This document shows positions 61,401-64,000 of a stretch of 64,000 nucleotides of DNA, in pieces. The position numbers were made by a program, and so were the translations under genes. The stretch is taken from the NCBI GenBank assembly GCA_963842085.1, contig CAWJET010000001.1:1-64000 (forward strand), in the 5' to 3' direction. Source of the stretch: an uncultured delta proteobacterium. GTDB taxonomy: Bacteria > Desulfobacterota > Binatia > Binatales > Binataceae. The notes below the pieces were generated by a model. The model was not told the DNA's origin. It did not search any database and saw nothing but the letters and a program-made list of their open reading frames with translations. Position 1 is the first letter of the stretch; every line of letters begins with the position of its first letter.

Positions 61401-62126
61401 GCTGTGCCCGCTCTTCCCGAAAGCTTCGCCCATATAGAGATAGGCGGCGGAATTGTCTGGGTTGAGTTTGATGGCTTCGTTGAATTCTTTAATTGCTTCG
61501 TCGAACCGTCCGCTCTGGCTGTACGCGAAACCAAGAGTAAAGTGGTTTACAGCGAGCGTTGGATTTTGACGAACAGCCTTTTCGAGAAGTTCGATCGCCT
61601 CTTTGGATTTTCCCAGCCACGCGAGGGCCGAGCCTAGACCTACCTGAACTCCAGCGTCGTCGGGCTTCAGCTTGGCTGCCTGCTGAAACGCCACGAGTGA
61701 ATCCTGCCAACGGCCTAGCCCCATGTACGCAAAGCCCAAAAGAGAATATGGCAGATAACCGAGATTCGGGTTGTCTCGAATTGCAGCTTTGAGTTCATCC
61801 GCTGATTCTTGCCATCGCTGAGCTTTCTGGTACACGATGCCCAGCTGCAGTTCGATTGCGCTCCGCTTTCCTTTGTCTTGCTGCTGAATTTCGTCCAGGG
61901 CGGCTTTGTACTTATCAATTCCGACTTCTATCTGCCCCGTTCGGATTGCGGCAGCGCCCTGTAGAAGCAACTCCTCTGGTTTGCCGCCTGCCGATGACTG
62001 AGGTGCGGGTTGTGTAATTGTCGAGGAGGCAGCCGACGAAACCCCGCATGCCGCGAGCGTCAGCGCGGCTACCAGGATGAAGGACCTGGTGAGCTTGCCA
62101 CGACGAGGGCGTTGCTCTGCGTCCAT
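58458..62126 (-). CDS. TPR-CHAT (caspase-like) lipoprotein
   Basis: LAAC lipobox, long TPR array, KARALLD, VPDADLFYLPFEA, catalytic dyad HFATHA and VLSACET, SLWEVSD, WAPF. Confidence 0.92.
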   Translation of the reverse strand: MDAEQRPRRGKLTRSFILVAALTLAACGVSSAASSTITQPAPQSSAGGKPEELLLQGAAAIRTGQIEVGIDKYKAALDEIQQQDKGKRSAIELQLGIVYQKAQRWQESADELKAAIRDNPNLGYLPYSLLGFAYMGLGRWQDSLVAFQQAAKLKPDDAGVQVGLGSALAWLGKSKEAIELLEKAVRQNPTLAVNHFTLGFAYSQSGRFDEAIKEFNEAIKLNPDNSAAYLYMGEAFGKSGHSDQEIIAEQQAIRLKPDVPEAYYLLGTAYGTTNRLPEAASAYAKAIALKADYFDAYAQLAFVDVQLGRLPEAWNSLQRLSRVNGTSSNYASYSALAFSYQTFGLWQRTVDSASEAVKLRPDCAECYWYLGNGYANIGLVEDARHAYQRALSAKPRYSPALYGLGELAETSGDFAAAQSYLDDASRALPEFTNARQRTQIEGSILAERGNIERDLGNYDQAFAFYTQGVEVYRSIADHKNAGLTLAKVAEIYRQIGDFRASARWYDYALMESRQAGDDDAQMTDLLRLYYVAGQIGDLSAQAKYEQQGEELASSVLKDRSKAMNFLLGDSFLAIGEMEAEYGTPADAMTMLRPLVAVYRKLPQNEQTLRKLALASVFLGDAYMRVNDYADALSAFAEAEAIAEKYKSPEVMWVYARIGYAYEKQGDLDAALSYDRRAAEVMERFGGGQQLPELQLSSRELAWGLYENLTRVTLELYAKAPSAELLDQAFTYHEEGKARALLDLLNDAGVRAREGVDPALVRQEDAVRVKISALQNAFSDATVSELRKVTLQDALTEQTAELRQVHEKIAATNAKYASMESSTPVRVSDVQALLDDDTVLLEYDLGPSFSGVGVITNRQIRLYRLPAQDVIDKTLDQFLPTLRQPLFGSSEINSHMQLAKQLYADLVAPVRDQIAGKHHIVVVPDADLFYLPFEAIIDADAKLDGPADSLASQPYLGKAYDFSYAPSASVLVALKGIRRNPSSAQRPLLAFGDPAFQSTPAPSQLALSTRGAYAKMGVGFDRLPYSAEEVHAILAVYGISPQSSSVYLGSNATKRALLGLDLSQYRTLHFATHAVMGDEVRWINQPALIFSPDSTGAPDSDLLKMSEIFNLRLKADLVVLSACETARGKMSRGEGIVGLTSAFLFAGSRSVVASLWEVSDESTSLFMESFYRGLKSGLPKPDALRRARLETMRKQIKSAVTGEQQSLASPFFWAPFVLIGEWN

Positions 62127-62139
62127 CGGGGCTCGCTGC

Positions 62140-63822
62140 TTAGTGACAAAATTTAACTTGGTGATAAGGGATCAATCCCGTTTCGAACGCCCTGGCCACT
62201 TCAGGGGCTAAGCTGTCAAGTCGAATTTTCGTGTCCGGGCGTTGGTACCGATCGATCTTGCTGCTCCCGGCCGACGAATATCCAATTAAATCAACCACTC
62301 CGTCGCAGTTCAGATCATAGTAATAGACTATCTGTTGCCATTTCGGATCCACGCCTTTGAAAACCGTATCGAGTTTGTCTTTCGTCGAAGCACCCATAAC
62401 AGCGTACTCAGGCATGTCCTGATCGCCTCGTAGCGCTAACCAAGCGTCCGGTGGAGGAGTCTGAGATTCCGTGTACGCGCCGGCGATCTTGTCGCCAAAA
62501 CGTTCGACACGGCGAATCCCTCCGTTCGCCTTAGCGGGAGCTTCGGCGACGCGGTTCGTCGATCTCTTGAGAAAGGTTTCAATAGTGTCGCCCGCGATAG
62601 CGTAGTTAAGGCCCTCTCCCTGCATGCGAAAAGAGTTTATTCCGATAACTTGAGCATTGTTGTTGAGCAACGGACCGCCCGAATTGCCAGGGTTTATTGC
62701 CGTCTGTGTCTGGATGACAGTTGCGCTATGCGTGATTTTTTCATCTTTCCATTCGTACTTCGGTCTGATCTGGCTGATGGTTCCCGTCGTATACGTCCAT
62801 ACCTCACCTTCGGGGTGCCCTATGGCATGCACGTCATCGCCGACCTCTAGTTTGGAAATATCGCCCATAGAAAGAGGATGTAGTAGGCGCGAGGGGGCTT
62901 CAACTTTCAGCATTGCCAGGTCGGAAATCTCGTCTACCTTGATAGGTACAGCTCCGTAAGCAAGATCCTTCCTTACCTCAACACCTCGCTCCGGCTTGAA
63001 AACGACCGCGATCCGTTTTGCATCGCGAATGACGTGGTAATTGGTCAGAATTTCTCCAGTATTGCTTACTAGAACGCCGCTTCCGAGACCTGTATCAGTG
63101 ACGACCAGGACAGTGCCCGGCGCCGCCTCCTTGTAAACAGCTGCGTCGACTGCTCCTCGTGTTTGTTCCAAAATGAGAGTCTTGGGCAGGCTCTCCAGAG
63201 CCGACAAAACGCGCGTATTCAATGCATCGGAGCTAGCCGAAACCGGCGCAATAGCGGGAACGATTCGCTTCGCAAATGCGCGCTCGGCAAAGGCTCCTAC
63301 GCCTTCCCGAGCAAGTTCACCACTGGACTTTCCCGGCTGAGAACCGACTCCAGAAGAACGCACCAGCACAAGTGCCAAGAGTGCGGCGACGGCGGTGCCA
63401 GCGACCCCCAGAACAACGCGAAAATCGGTGGCGAAACTTCTGACTGATTCGAACATTGAAGCGAGTCGTCTGTAGAACGACGGCTCCGCCGGGGAGGTCG
63501 AGCTGGTCTCTGCTCGCACCATTGAAATCACCTTCTGCAACAGCGCGGCGCTAGGTTCGGGACCGTGATCTTGGAGCCGCGCTAGCTCGCGAAGCTCGAT
63601 AAGGCGATTGATGCACGCGGGGCATGATCGAAGGTGCATCTCGATCGACCTGGAATCCGTCTGACGATCATCGCTAACGAACGCCGCTGAATGCAGGAGA
63701 GGCAACTTCCTCTCTGCGTCAATACTCTGGTCCAGAAAATCACCCAGCGCCTTGATCGTGGGGCAGTCAGGTCGCGACGTTTGACCGAGCTGACCGAGTA
63801 TACGCCGATCAATTTCACTCAT
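62140..63822 (-). CDS. zf-HC2 anti-sigma domain + TM helix + trypsin-like serine protease
   Basis: CPT...HLRSCPAC, TM VVLGVAGTAVAALLALVLV, GSG, LTNYHV, DLAML, INPGNSGGPL. Confidence 0.85.
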   Translation of the reverse strand: MSEIDRRILGQLGQTSRPDCPTIKALGDFLDQSIDAERKLPLLHSAAFVSDDRQTDSRSIEMHLRSCPACINRLIELRELARLQDHGPEPSAALLQKVISMVRAETSSTSPAEPSFYRRLASMFESVRSFATDFRVVLGVAGTAVAALLALVLVRSSGVGSQPGKSSGELAREGVGAFAERAFAKRIVPAIAPVSASSDALNTRVLSALESLPKTLILEQTRGAVDAAVYKEAAPGTVLVVTDTGLGSGVLVSNTGEILTNYHVIRDAKRIAVVFKPERGVEVRKDLAYGAVPIKVDEISDLAMLKVEAPSRLLHPLSMGDISKLEVGDDVHAIGHPEGEVWTYTTGTISQIRPKYEWKDEKITHSATVIQTQTAINPGNSGGPLLNNNAQVIGINSFRMQGEGLNYAIAGDTIETFLKRSTNRVAEAPAKANGGIRRVERFGDKIAGAYTESQTPPPDAWLALRGDQDMPEYAVMGASTKDKLDTVFKGVDPKWQQIVYYYDLNCDGVVDLIGYSSAGSSKIDRYQRPDTKIRLDSLAPEVARAFETGLIPYHQVKFCH

Positions 63823-64000
63823 CGCGCAACGACCTCGATCTCCCGCGAAGCCGGCGGGTCGCGGAAATGCTTTCTCGCTTGCCAGACCTTATCGGTGGGT
63901 CAGTCCGAATCACGGAAACCTCAGCGGGCCTTTATTCCTCAGTTCCATCGACCGACTCCCCGCCCTCATCCGTGCTGACTATCGTATCATCGGGTGTGAT

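Larger units (their letters stand above)
42630..64000. mobile_element. Left part of a tRNA-Arg-associated genomic island/ICE
   Basis: Integrase, excisionase-like HTH, arm repeats, ardC/ssb, hsdM and IS; right boundary not found in the window. Confidence 0.7.

Overview
High-GC bacterial genomic window; the gene content resembles soil/sediment Deltaproteobacteria-like lineages such as Binatia (inference only). It has three blocks. (1) 1-20.2 kb is the right part of an integrative conjugative element: an IS3 inserted in a DUF6527-like gene, hipBA, a trypsin-like gene, an HNH gene, and a P-type tra/trb module with a candidate oriT, ending at a tRNA-Leu(TAG) 3' fragment. (2) 20.2-42.6 kb is host-like DNA: OmpA-family lipoprotein, nadE, a glycosylation cassette, msrA and modABC. 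(3) 42.6-64 kb is the left part of a second island abutting tRNA-Arg(CCT): tyrosine integrase, XRE, excisionase-like HTH, a sensor-less sigma-54 activator, catabolic cargo, ardC/ssb, an IS3-truncated hsdM, and a TPR-CHAT plus anti-sigma/trypsin pair. Three signals stand out. Sigma-54 -24/-12 promoters precede both the excisionase-like gene and the trb operon, with palindromic enhancers next to an element-encoded activator whose own promoter holds a DnaA box. The two elements share att architecture, and the right one lies on the 5' side of its tRNA. The CHAT protease and the anti-sigma/trypsin fusion share a T-R-G-A motif. All calls are from manual motif reading; no database searches were run.
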